IMG/VR virus record: IMGVR_UViG_3300028590_000009
Location: 21,055 to 85,054 of that record
Length of the DNA: 64,000 nucleotides
Source: a virus
Direction: 5' to 3' (one strand)
This document shows, in pieces, positions 19,825-30,100 of this stretch (the first letter of the stretch is position 1; every line of letters begins with the position of its first letter). Both the position numbers and the translations under genes were made by a program. Below the pieces are notes generated by a model. It was given only the letters and a program-made list of their open reading frames with translations, ran no database searches and was not told the DNA's origin.

Positions 19825-20552
19825 CCGGGCTCACGCACCGCACAAAGCAGACCAAACTCTACAAATGGCGCAAAGCCAACGGCATTCAAGTGTTCACCGA
19901 CGCCGCCCCGGTCCGCGCCCACATCCTCGAACTGCGCGCCGTCAACGTCACCGACTCGATGATCGCCCACGCCTCCGAATGCGACCCGCAATACATCGCC
20001 TACATCGCGGACGGCACAACCCAGAAGATGCGGCCCGACATCGCGCGCCGCATCCTCGACGTCAGCCACATCCCCGACCCGCGGCAACACTTCGTACTCG
20101 CCATCGGCTTCGTGCGACGCATGCGCGGACTCACCGCCCTCGGATGGCCGTCCATGCTGATCGCCGAACGGCTCGGCGTGCACGGCAAAGACAAACTCAA
20201 CAACATGGTCAGACAGACCGCGATCGGATACCAACGCTGGGCGGCCATGCGTGACCTGTACGACGAACTCTCAGGCACGCCAGGCCCCAGCCGTCGCAGT
20301 GTCGCAGTCGGTCGACGGTTCCAATACATGCCGCCGCTCGCCTGGGAAGGCATCGACATCGACGATCCGCGAGCCCAACCCGACTGGGCGGCAGCTGGAG
20401 TCAAGCTCACCGACCGACCCATGTGCCCGAACAACCACCTGTACACCGCGGACAACATCTATCGCGACAACCGTGGCAACCGTTCATGCAAGACCTGCCG
20501 GCGCAACGCGAACAGGCGCCGACGCCAGCGCGTTGCTAAGGGTGTGAACTAG
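19821..20552 (+). CDS. HTH protein with C-terminal CxxxH..CxxC zinc finger
   Basis: DAAPVRAHI, RRMRGLTALGW, CPNNHLY..RSCKTC. Confidence 0.7.
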   Translation: MTGLTHRTKQTKLYKWRKANGIQVFTDAAPVRAHILELRAVNVTDSMIAHASECDPQYIAYIADGTTQKMRPDIARRILDVSHIPDPRQHFVLAIGFVRRMRGLTALGWPSMLIAERLGVHGKDKLNNMVRQTAIGYQRWAAMRDLYDELSGTPGPSRRSVAVGRRFQYMPPLAWEGIDIDDPRAQPDWAAAGVKLTDRPMCPNNHLYTADNIYRDNRGNRSCKTCRRNANRRRRQRVAKGVN

Positions 20553-20638
20553 AGTGTATGGTGTGAACATAACGCGATGATCAAGCCCCTGGGCGGCGCG
20601 ACATCGGAAGGTGCTCGACCAAATCGAGCGTAACGCAA

Positions 20639-20676
20639 TTCGGGCCGCCCCCTCGACCAAAAAGGGGCGGCCCGAA
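20639..20676. terminator. Strong intergenic hairpin
   Basis: TTCGGGCCGCCCC..GGGGCGGCCCGAA. Confidence 0.55.
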
Positions 20677-20758
20677 CAAGCTTTGCACGCATTGGAGTGC
20701 GTGCGGCCAAGCAGTCAAATCGATTGCTGGCATGCGGCCCACCAGGAGGGGCCACCGT

Positions 20759-21877
20759 ATGAGTGTAACACGCAGACTGCGTTTCGAAATACTTCGGCGA
20801 GACGAGAATACGTGCCGATACTGCGGGGCCAAAGCGCCCGACGTAAAGCTCAACGTCGACCACGTGATCCCAGTCGCGCTCGGCGGTAGCGATGATCCGT
20901 CGAACTTGGTGACCGCTTGCGTCGATTGCAACGGCGGCAAGACCTCTATCGCGCCCGATAGTGCTGTTGTCGCGGACGTTTCGGCTGACGCTCTCCGCTG
21001 GAAAGATGCGTTGAAGCAGGCCGCAGCGGAGCGGGCAGCCGAATATGCAGGCAATCGCGCCGTACACGATCAGTTCCAAGACCTCTGGAATGCGTGGACC
21101 TTCGACGGTCGAACAGTTCCGCTGCCATCAGATTTCGGCAGCTCGGTCAACACGTTTCTTGCGGCGGGTCTCACGTTCGCGGATCTCGAAGAACTGATCG
21201 ACGTCACGATGGCGATGAAGACCGTCAAAACGGCTACGCACAAGTGGAAGTACTTCTGCGGCTGCTGCTGGAAGCTCATCAAACAGTCGCAGGAGCGGGC
21301 TCAGGAAATTGCCTCACACCAAGGAGCCGAACAAAAGGAACGTCAACAGGCCGAGCAGGAACGGCACTGGCAGCAGGAACAGGGAAATTGCTGGCTAGAT
21401 TCTGACTTGCGGCAACAAGAAGAGGCCCACTCAGACGAAATGGAGTGGGAATCTTGGCAGTCCGCTCGTCGGAGCGATGAATCGGCGCAGCCCGACGACG
21501 CGGTGAGCATAGGCCAGATATTCGACCAGCTATTCAGCCGACCCACGACCGGGCCGCTCGTGGACCCCTTTGGCGCCTGGTCCGAATCGAACGTCCGAAA
21601 GCTCCTGCATTATGTGACCTCGCATGACGGTAGCGGGCATGACGACGCCACGGTCGCTCAATGGGGCGAAGAGGCGAACCGCGAATGGGTGACAGATTCG
21701 GGTCTGTCGATGATCGGAGACGTTTTCACCACGGTCGGCACCTTCTTCTCCCAGCAAGAACATGGGCTCCGTCCCAATGAGGCAATCAGCCCGCAGGCCA
21801 TCACTCAAATGATCGACTCCTATCGGCGCCCCGCCGCGGGGGAGCGTCACCTTAAGGCGGTTCCCGATGCCTCGTGA
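20759..21877 (+). CDS. HNH endonuclease domain protein
   Basis: RFEILRRD..CRYCG..VDHVIPVALGGSDDPSNLVTACVDCNGGK. Confidence 0.85.
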   Translation: MSVTRRLRFEILRRDENTCRYCGAKAPDVKLNVDHVIPVALGGSDDPSNLVTACVDCNGGKTSIAPDSAVVADVSADALRWKDALKQAAAERAAEYAGNRAVHDQFQDLWNAWTFDGRTVPLPSDFGSSVNTFLAAGLTFADLEELIDVTMAMKTVKTATHKWKYFCGCCWKLIKQSQERAQEIASHQGAEQKERQQAEQERHWQQEQGNCWLDSDLRQQEEAHSDEMEWESWQSARRSDESAQPDDAVSIGQIFDQLFSRPTTGPLVDPFGAWSESNVRKLLHYVTSHDGSGHDDATVAQWGEEANREWVTDSGLSMIGDVFTTVGTFFSQQEHGLRPNEAISPQAITQMIDSYRRPAAGERHLKAVPDAS

Positions 21878-22901
21878 CCACGGGCGGATCCTCGTCACCA
21901 TCTGGGACGACCCAGACTTCGTTGACCTCACCCCAGAAGCTCAGCGCCTCTACATGCTCCTGCTTTCGCAGCGCGGCATCAACAACGCCGGAATGCTTCC
22001 CACTCAGATCGGGAAGTGGGCCAAGCGGAGCAGGCACACCACCGTCGCCGACATCGAAGCGGCGTTGGAGGAACTGATCGACACCCGCTTCGTCCTGTGC
22101 GACGGAGACACCGAAGAGACGTTGGTTCGGTCCTTCGTGCGCAATGACGGCATCACCAAGAACGCCAACGTGTTCAAGAATGCCCTCGCCTGCGCAGAGG
22201 CCATCGAAAGCCCCTTTCTCCGCGCTGCCCTCGCCGATGAATTGAGGCGCCTCGGGCGTGGAGACGCGACCGAGGTTGCCGACCGGATGAGCCCTGTCGG
22301 CACGGCCGAAAACGAACGAACAGGAACGCCGTTCGAACGCCGTTCCGACGCCGTTCCGACGCCCGCGGGGAAGGGGAAGGGGAAGGGGTTATCTCACCTA
22401 CTCGATAACTCTAGTTTTTCTGATGACGCGCGCGAGCGACGCCAGCCCAAGCGAAAGCCCGCCGCGCCCGCAGACCCGCTCGACAAACCCGGCCCCATCG
22501 TCCCCATCGACGGTCGCAAACTGGTTCGCTCCGTCATTCCCGACACCGAACCCAGCGCCGTTCGAACCGAACTCGCCCTCCAGGCCGCGGCGATGCTCCG
22601 TCAGCAGCCACCCATCCCCTCCGAGGACATCCGCGCGGGACTCGAACTCTGGCTGACCAAACCCGACCTCGGACCCCGCACCCTGCCTTCGCTCGTCTCC
22701 ACCATCCAGCGGGGACGCAACCGCTCAAATGCCGCGCCAGTCGCGGCACCCCGTGAAGCCGCATCGGATCGCAAACGGCGCGAGCAACACGCCGTCTTCG
22801 AACAGTTGCGCGCGGAGGCCATCGCCCAACAGCGCGGCGCCCTCCAGTCGCCTCTCGTGCAAATCATCGACGCCGACCCTGAATGGAGCGCCAGCGCATG
22901 A
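21867..22901 (+). CDS. Phage replication initiator
   Basis: IWDDPDFVDLTPEAQRLYMLLLSQ N-domain; iteron-bearing linker; followed by a loader-like gene. Confidence 0.8.
   Translation: MPRDHGRILVTIWDDPDFVDLTPEAQRLYMLLLSQRGINNAGMLPTQIGKWAKRSRHTTVADIEAALEELIDTRFVLCDGDTEETLVRSFVRNDGITKNANVFKNALACAEAIESPFLRAALADELRRLGRGDATEVADRMSPVGTAENERTGTPFERRSDAVPTPAGKGKGKGLSHLLDNSSFSDDARERRQPKRKPAAPADPLDKPGPIVPIDGRKLVRSVIPDTEPSAVRTELALQAAAMLRQQPPIPSEDIRAGLELWLTKPDLGPRTLPSLVSTIQRGRNRSNAAPVAAPREAASDRKRREQHAVFEQLRAEAIAQQRGALQSPLVQIIDADPEWSASA
22320..22436 (+). repeat. Putative replication origin within the initiator gene
   Basis: 11-bp repeats GAACGCCGTTC GAACGCCGTTC CGACGCCGTTC CGACGCCCG, (GGGGAA)n tract, AT-richer block; lambda O-like arrangement. 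Confidence 0.7.
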
Positions 22902-23491
22902 CCGCGCCCGACACCTACTACCTCGACGCCGCCAAAGCCGTCCTCGACAATCTCCAAGAACACGACCTGTGGTTCCCGCAAGTCGGCGCCGCCGCCTCCA
23001 CCGCCTGGGCCACCCACTTCGAAGCATCCACCCTGTCCAGTGAAGAACTCCTCGACGGCGTCAACCACGCCCGCGCCACCCATATCAAAACCGCCGCCAC
23101 CCGCGCCGAACAACGCGGTGAAACCGTCGAGCAATTCCGACCCACCCCCGACATCATTATCCGACACGCACACGCCGCCCGACGCGAAGTACTCGCGAAC
23201 CTGCCCGACGCCCGCGTCAAAGAAATGGAACTCGCCAACCACGTCTTCCAAGACATGGGATTCCCGCCCCAGCAGGCACACCGCCTGTCCCGAGACATCG
23301 CGCTCGCCGTCGCGCTCGGCCGCAAACCGCGCGCCGACCTCACCGACGAACAGCTCGACGAATTCCAAACCCGGTTCAAGCGACAGAAGCTGTCCGCCGC
23401 CGAATTCGTGGATCGACGCCGCGAACTCGCCCAAATGCTGCGTGTCGGTGACCTGTTCGCCCTCGAAGCCCGCCGTGGTGACGCCGCATGA
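22898..23491 (+). CDS. Hypothetical replication-region protein
   Basis: Coupled to the initiator by ATGA overlap. Confidence 0.65.
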   Translation: MTAPDTYYLDAAKAVLDNLQEHDLWFPQVGAAASTAWATHFEASTLSSEELLDGVNHARATHIKTAATRAEQRGETVEQFRPTPDIIIRHAHAARREVLANLPDARVKEMELANHVFQDMGFPPQQAHRLSRDIALAVALGRKPRADLTDEQLDEFQTRFKRQKLSAAEFVDRRRELAQMLRVGDLFALEARRGDAA

Positions 23492-23913
23492 ACCGCGCCG
23501 AAATCACCCGCCTGCTCGAACTGGTCCAGCAGTACGACCAGCGCGAGGTCACCGCAGACCACATCACCAGCTGGCTTCGTCTCCTCGGCAATCTGTCGTT
23601 CAAGGTCGCCGAGGAGGCCGTGCACATCCATCACAAGACCAACGCGTTCGCTATCGACGCCGCGGTCGTGCTGGAGATCGCCGCACAGATCGAGGCCCGC
23701 ACGGTGAGCGCGGCCCAACCGGTGCGTCGAGCCCGGATGGGTGCCTACAACGTGACCGGCGCCCTCAACTACGCCTGCGAACGCTGCAAGGCCGAAGTGG
23801 GGCAGACGTGCACGAACAAGGACGGGGAAGAGACCGCGTCGCCGTGTGTGACGCGGTTGGTGGGTCGGCCGATCAATGAGGCCAAGCCGCCGAAGCATCG
23901 GCAAGCGGCGTGA
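23488..23913 (+). CDS. Helicase loader/inhibitor-like protein with zinc finger
   Basis: MNRAEITRLL..YDQR..SW..LLG.LSF..A.EAV..H; CERCKA..C. Confidence 0.6.
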   Translation: MNRAEITRLLELVQQYDQREVTADHITSWLRLLGNLSFKVAEEAVHIHHKTNAFAIDAAVVLEIAAQIEARTVSAAQPVRRARMGAYNVTGALNYACERCKAEVGQTCTNKDGEETASPCVTRLVGRPINEAKPPKHRQAA

Positions 23914-24307
23914 GTGCGATGCCGCCTGCTTGTGGTGCGCCGCTGCTCGTCGCCGTCGTTGAGGCGTACGCCCGGAACTGGCCGCATTTGAAGCCGCCGA
24001 TGTTTCGTGCCGCGGATGTTCTGCCGTTGCTGCATGGCGATGACCGCGAGTATGGCGCCGCTGTCCTGCTGCTCGATAGCGGGCGGGTCCACTATCTGGA
24101 AGGGGAGCAACCCGAATGAGCATCCACCTGTTGCGCAACGACGACGTGACTCTCGAAGAGATCGACCTGTTGGCGGGGTTTGTCGACACGTTGGCCGGTT
24201 CGGAGCTGCGGACGGCGTTGCTGTTCATGGCCGAGCAGTTGTGGGCGGGTGAGGATCTGGTGCTGACCGTGTCCGATCCTGGCGCAAACTACCAGCTCAG
24301 GGCATGA
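23910..24307 (+). other. Two small hypothetical genes (23910-24119, 24116-24307)
   Basis: 4-nt overlaps. Confidence 0.55.
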
Positions 24308-24463
24308 ATCTGAAGTGGCATATGCCACTTGTGACGCAGTTTTGCACAACTGTCTTAATTCCGGCCGGTAGAGCGATTGGACCCCCGAAACAGGCAATGT
24401 CCCGTTCTCGCACCGCCGATCGCTTCTACCCGCACCCACTTCATCAAGAACGAGGTTTCCAAG

Positions 24464-24748
24464 ATGACTGCTCGACTGACGCAAGCTGAAATCAGCGGCG
24501 GCTGGTGGAACGTGAACTGCTGCGACGGCAAGTTCTCCGGTTCGATGACAGCGCATTGCACCGCCTGCTGCCAAACGTTTTCGCGGCCGACAGTCGCGGA
24601 CAAGCATCGGCGGTATGGCAAGTGTGTCGACCCTGCGAGCCATCGCGACGTGAACGGCGCTCTCGTGTTCAAGGATGCCGGCCGCGCTTACCCGTGCTGG
24701 TCGGGCGCCGGCGATGAGACCGCGGCGTGGGTCGGGGCGCGGACGTGA
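24464..24748 (+). CDS. Small zinc-binding protein
   Basis: AHCTACCQTFS....DKHR..G.CVDP. Confidence 0.65.
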   Translation: MTARLTQAEISGGWWNVNCCDGKFSGSMTAHCTACCQTFSRPTVADKHRRYGKCVDPASHRDVNGALVFKDAGRAYPCWSGAGDETAAWVGART

Positions 24749-26172
24749 GGATCGGGTCACTTTTCAGCGGGGCGGGCGGACTCGACCTGGCTGCACTCGA
24801 CCTGTTCCCCGGCTCGTCGATGGCGTGGCATTCGGAGATCGAACCTGCGGCGTGCAAGGTGCTCGCGCATCACTGGCCCGAGGTGCTGAACCTGGGTGAT
24901 GTGAGCCGGATCGATTGGTCGACAGTCGAACCCGTCGATGTGCTCACAGGCGGTTTCCCTTGCCAGGATCTCTCGCTCGCCGGTCAACGTCGCGGCATGG
25001 CTGAAGGCACCCGGTCGGGTCTGTGGTCGCACATGTTCGAAGCCGTTCGCATGCTGCGTCCGAAGTTCGTGTTGATCGAAAACGTTCGCGGGCTGCTGTC
25101 CGCGCAAGCAAGGAGGGGTGATGTCGGAGCCGTATGCGAGGTGGAATCCGGAAGCGGGAGTGTGGGAGCAGGGGGAGACGGATCTCTTCGGGCGCTCGGC
25201 GCTGTACTCGGCGACCTTTCGTCAATCGGGTTCGATGCGTGCTGGGTGCTTGTACGAGCTTCCGATGTCGGCGCCTGCCATCAGCGAGCCCGCGTCTTCG
25301 TCCTTGCGTACCCTGCCGACTCCGCGGGCGAGTGCGACGCGTACGAGTCGATCGGCCGCGCTGGCGAAGGGGAGCCGGTCGGCACCCTCGTTGGAGCAGG
25401 CGACGGAGTTGATGCGAGGGGAGCTACCGAGGGAGTTCGACGGCTGGGCGGAGTTGCCTCCGTCGTGGCAGGTGGCGTAGCGAAGTTGCTGCCGACGCCG
25501 CAGGTGGCGGATGTGACAGGCGGGCACCGGACCAGGTCCGGTGCTCGCTCGAACGAACTGCTGTTGCCCGGTGTCGCGGAGGCATACACCGCTGGCGCGC
25601 TGCTCCCCACTCCCCGCGCATCGGACGGCACGAACGGTGGCCCGAACCAGCGCGGCAGCAAGGGGGATCTGATGCTTCCGTCTGCGGTCGTGCAGTTGTT
25701 GCCGACACCGACGGCGTCGGAGGGCGAGCGGGGCGACTGTCCGGCCGAGCGAGCCCGGCGCACACCCGGCCTGATCTCGATCGATCACTACTTGCCGAGA
25801 TCGAATGATTCGAATGATTCGTGGCGCTGGGGCCGGTTCGCGCCGGCTATTCACCGCCAAGAGCGACTGTCCAGGCCAGCGCCGCCCCCTACCGTACCTA
25901 CCGAGGCGTGGCGCCGAATGGTCAAGCGTCGTCAGCAGTCCGGGTATCCGAAGCCTGTCGGTATGCGCGGCTCGCTGGCGGTTCGCGTCCAGTTGAACCC
26001 GGCATTCGCGGAATGGCTCATGTTCTGGCCTGCGGGCTGGGTGACGGCTTCGGCGATCGGGTTGAAGCGCGCCGAGCAGCTGAAATGCATTGGCAACGGC
26101 GTGGTTCCGGTCCAGGCGGTGGCGGCGTTCCGGTTCCTGTTGTCTGCGGCGTCGAAGGCTGTCGCAGCGTGA
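24745..26172 (+). CDS. C5 cytosine DNA methyltransferase
   Basis: SLFSGAGG (I), GGFPCQD (IV), ENV (VI), HQRARVF (VIII), three LLPTP repeats, LNPAFAEWLM, IGNGV (X). Confidence 0.92.
   Translation: MRIGSLFSGAGGLDLAALDLFPGSSMAWHSEIEPAACKVLAHHWPEVLNLGDVSRIDWSTVEPVDVLTGGFPCQDLSLAGQRRGMAEGTRSGLWSHMFEAVRMLRPKFVLIENVRGLLSAQARRGDVGAVCEVESGSGSVGAGGDGSLRALGAVLGDLSSIGFDACWVLVRASDVGACHQRARVFVLAYPADSAGECDAYESIGRAGEGEPVGTLVGAGDGVDARGATEGVRRLGGVASVVAGGVAKLLPTPQVADVTGGHRTRSGARSNELLLPGVAEAYTAGALLPTPRASDGTNGGPNQRGSKGDLMLPSAVVQLLPTPTASEGERGDCPAERARRTPGLISIDHYLPRSNDSNDSWRWGRFAPAIHRQERLSRPAPPPTVPTEAWRRMVKRRQQSGYPKPVGMRGSLAVRVQLNPAFAEWLMFWPAGWVTASAIGLKRAEQLKCIGNGVVPVQAVAAFRFLLSAASKAVAA
25121..25480 (+). CDS. Overprinted alternative-frame ORF inside the methyltransferase
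   Basis: AGGAGG RBS at 25111; ARWNP..WE..DLFG.S..YS.TF..SG.MR.G; contains its own LPTPRAS repeat. Confidence 0.6.
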   Translation: MSEPYARWNPEAGVWEQGETDLFGRSALYSATFRQSGSMRAGCLYELPMSAPAISEPASSSLRTLPTPRASATRTSRSAALAKGSRSAPSLEQATELMRGELPREFDGWAELPPSWQVA

Positions 26173-26564
26173 CCTACATCGCTATTCAACTATGCGCATC
26201 CAACGATGTGATGCGCGGATCGGAGGAGTCGTGAGCAGGGCTGAGGAGATCGCGGTGGTGGCGTTGGTGTTGGCGCAGCGTGATCCGTGTCGTTGTGAGC
26301 CGTGGGTGTTCACTGCGGAGGCGACACGGATTGTGGATGCGCGGCGGGATGGGCAGTCGTGAACGACGTGTGCGATTCCTGCGGCGTCTATCTGCTGCAT
26401 GGCGGTTTTTGCGGTACGTGCGTGTGTATCGAGCGTGCGCGGTTGGAGGTGAATGCGCTGGCGTGGGTGGCTGGCGTGGATTCGCTGGTATGTCTCGAAG
26501 CGATGCTGACCGCGTTGGATGCGGTGAATGCGCGGGTTGCTCGGCTGGAATTGCGGGATGCGTG

Positions 26565-26579
26565 AATTCCGAGGTTGAC
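26565..26579 (+). repeat. AATTCCGAGGTTGAC intergenic motif, copy 1
   Basis: Exact copy at 46906; one mismatch at 27098. Confidence 0.75.
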
Positions 26580-27097
26580 ATTCGGGGGATAGTCGTTTCA
26601 TGAAGGTATCGACTATCGCCGAATGGGTTGAATACTCGGCTGAAGAAGATGAACCGCGCGCGGAAGCTATCGGCGAATTAGCTGATGAAGTCCGTGCACG
26701 GTTCGGAGTGGGTCGACATTCGCGGGTCGACCTTTCCTGCGAGGTCGAATGGGAGTATTCGTCTTGCGATTGCTGCGCGGACTCCGAAGTGTGGTGGGTC
26801 ATCGAATGTGGCGAGGAGAAGCGTCGCATCTCGACCGGCTATGGCGAGGCTGTCGACGGCTATCGCGCATGGCTGGACGAACCCCGCCGTATCCGTGAAC
26901 GCGAGGAGGCGAAAGCGGCCCGCGACCTGGAGTGTAAGCGGAATGATGAGGCGTTCACGGGTCGTATCGTGGGCGCTTTCACTACCGCCGTCGCCGATGT
27001 CGAAGCCACTGGATATAGCGATACCGGTGAATGGCATGACTTGATGATGGATCGGCTCGGTGTGGGCGGGCATCGGTATCGGGAGTGAATTCGCCGA

Positions 27098-27112
27098 AAT
27101 TCTGAGGTTGAC
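27098..27112 (+). repeat. AATTCTGAGGTTGAC intergenic motif, copy 2
   Basis: 14/15 match to copies 1 and 3. Confidence 0.75.
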
Positions 27113-30100
27113 GGGGTTGGGAGAATTGAAGCATGCCGAAAGAATTGAGTCCGACCGAAATCCTCGCACTGCCGATGCAATCCAATGACGCTGATGCGGC
27201 GACCATTCGCGACTATCTCGTGAAGCTGCTCACCCTCGTCTGGGCGCACGGTGAAGGATTCAACGGCAAACGGCCATTCGGCAACAGCAGTTGGGACTGT
27301 GAACTGTATGAAGCGCTCGGCCGTGGAGGTGCGATCAACGTCGTATTCGATGGTGACGGATTCCTCGAAGATTGGGATGACGTCCTCGGCGACAAACTGA
27401 TTGCCGACGCAATCCGAGCGCTCGGAACGCCCGTGTGATGGGCGACGAGGAAGTGTCCGCGTGGATCATTACCCGCTTCCCGCACGCACTCGCATGGCAG
27501 GTCGATCGCGGCACCGACATCATCCGCGCGCGCCTCGAAGGTGCGCCAGTGGCTTGGATGCTCGGCACTCTCAAACCCCGAGACGCTGACCTCCTGCGCG
27601 GCATCGTCAACACCTACTTCCAGGAGCATGGCAATGAATGAGTTGAAGCCAGCGCGCACAGTCGAATTCGCGCCCGACAACACCATCATCATCGACGGCG
27701 AACCGTTGCCATGGAAGGTCACCACAGACGGGTGGGGCGTCTACTTCTATCCGAGCCCCTTCGCCGGCGCGCCCAGGACTCTGACGTTCGCCGTGCTGGC
27801 GGACAACGTCACCATCGGCGCGAACGACATCACGGTCATCGACGGCCATGAAGTCCCCTGGCTGCTCGTTGAACCGCCATACGTCACCGTGTCGAAGCTC
27901 GCGCCCTATGCGGTGCAGTTGAAGGTTCGCGTCGACACCAGCACCGACGAAGCGGCCGATCTGGACGGCGACGGCGACCTGTCAGCCGAGGTGATCGCGG
28001 CATGACCAGCCCTGATCAACTGCAAGCCGAGATGGCATGGAATACATGGCGGCTGCGTAACGGGTCCGCGGATGTAGTCCACGATCGGGCCGTGTTCCTC
28101 GCAGGCTGGGACGCGGCACGCAGGAAGCCGGTAGCGGGGGCGGTGGAGGACGAATGATCCTCGCGTTCTGGATCGCGCTGGCGGCAGTCGTCGTTTACGT
28201 CGCATCAATGGTGTTTGCGGGCCTGTTCCTGGACACAGGCGGCGAAGCTCTCATCCACGTCGCACGCCTGGCCCGAATCGTCGCTATCGCAGCAGGGCTC
28301 GTGTTCGTCATCCTGTTCGGCCTCCACGCGCTCGGGGTCTCGATCGAAATCGGCAAGGAGTGAGGCGCGCATGAACGACAACTTCGGCGGTGACTTCATT
28401 GCCGCACTGCTGGTCATCTTCGGCTCACTCGCTGTATTCGGCGGTCTGTGGTGGCTGATCGTCGTAATCGTCCAGGCGGTGCACGCATGACCGACGACCC
28501 CGCGCGCACTCGACGCAAGCAGTGGATCCGCGACCTCGACAACCCCGACCCGACCACACGCGCTGATGCCGCACAAGCACTCGGACAGTGGGTCGAGACA
28601 GGGGAATGGCCGAATACGGGAGGCGACAATGAGTGAGACTGTGGACGACATCGACGCGTTGATCGAGGCAGCGTTGAAACGTGGCGAGTGCGGGCCTGGT
28701 CGTGAAATGTGCCCGAACCGTTTCTGTTCCGAACCCTGGCATGGCCTCGCGATCACTGCCCGCATGCGGCAGATGCGTGCCCGCGGACACGTCGACGACG
28801 ACTACCGCTACAACACCGACACCTCCACCGTGCTCTGTCCAGGCAGCATGTTCGAGGGGGAGTATGCGGCGCCCGAACACGCGCCTGATGCTGTCGACGG
28901 TTGGGATAGCGCGGCGAATATGGAAGCGCTGCGGTTGATTCAGGCGATGCCGCGCGAGATTGTCGACCTGCTGTTCGCGGGGCTCGGAGACGTGCTCGCA
29001 GAGATAGGTGAACCACCGACGTTGACCACCGTCCGTCAGTGGCGGGCGGGCGACACCGAAACCCCGCCGCATTACATCGAACCGCACGCGCAAGGAGAAG
29101 CGGCATGAACGCCGAGGAGATACGTCGCAAGGCTATCGAGCGTCTTGCGCGCGCCCAGTTCACCATCGACGAGACCGAATACGGCACGCCTGCCATGCCT
29201 GCGCGGGAATGGGACGACGTTCCTCGGGTGCATGAGCGCTATCGGGGCGACGCCGCGCCTCTGGTCGATGCACTCGGGGAGCTACTCCGCACCGAGCCTG
29301 ACGCCTACGTGGTGCTGTCCAAACGCAAGGACGGCGACGAACGGTGGCCGTTCAGCGGGCCGTGGGACGAGGAAGCCACCGTGTTCGTCGACTACGACAC
29401 TGCTGGCGACCTGATGGTCAATTGGGAAGTCGATCGGATCGAGTCGGGTCGGAATCCTGACATTTTCATGCTCGGCGAAGTTCGATTCGAGCAGACGCCG
29501 CTTAATGCGGAGTGGTTGCAGGCCATTCGCGACGAACGGCAGACGAAGTGAACGCCGATGACATCCGCGCCGACGTGGTCGAAGTCCTCGCCGAAAGCCT
29601 GTTCACGATATGGGCGGCAGGGCGTGGCATCGAGGGATATATCTGGGCTGATTGCGAGGAGGCGATGCGGCGCGACTTCCTCGACCATGCCGAAATCCAT
29701 GCCGACGCTCTCGCTGCTGCCGGATATCTGGTCGTCGCGCAGGAAGGCCGCTACATCGGGCGGGGCATGGCACGCCGAACCCGCTACGTCACCGGCTGGA
29801 TCGAGCCCGAGACCGGTTCAGCGTTGACAACAGGATCCATGCGCGTCACCCGCGTGAAACTCACGGCCGAGCAGGTCGCGGAACGGCGCAAGTATGCCGA
29901 AAGTATCGGCGAACGTTCAGGAAATGGCCCGATTCCGTGCGGTGCGGAGAACGGCAATAAACCGAACGTTGAGGAGCCGTCCTGATGGCCCGTTCCGAAT
30001 ACATCTACCTCGTTCACGAACTCGACATGTGCGGCAACCGTCTCGTTGCCGGGTTCACGGTGAAACGCGAACTCGTGGAATGGCTGCGAGGAAACAGGAG

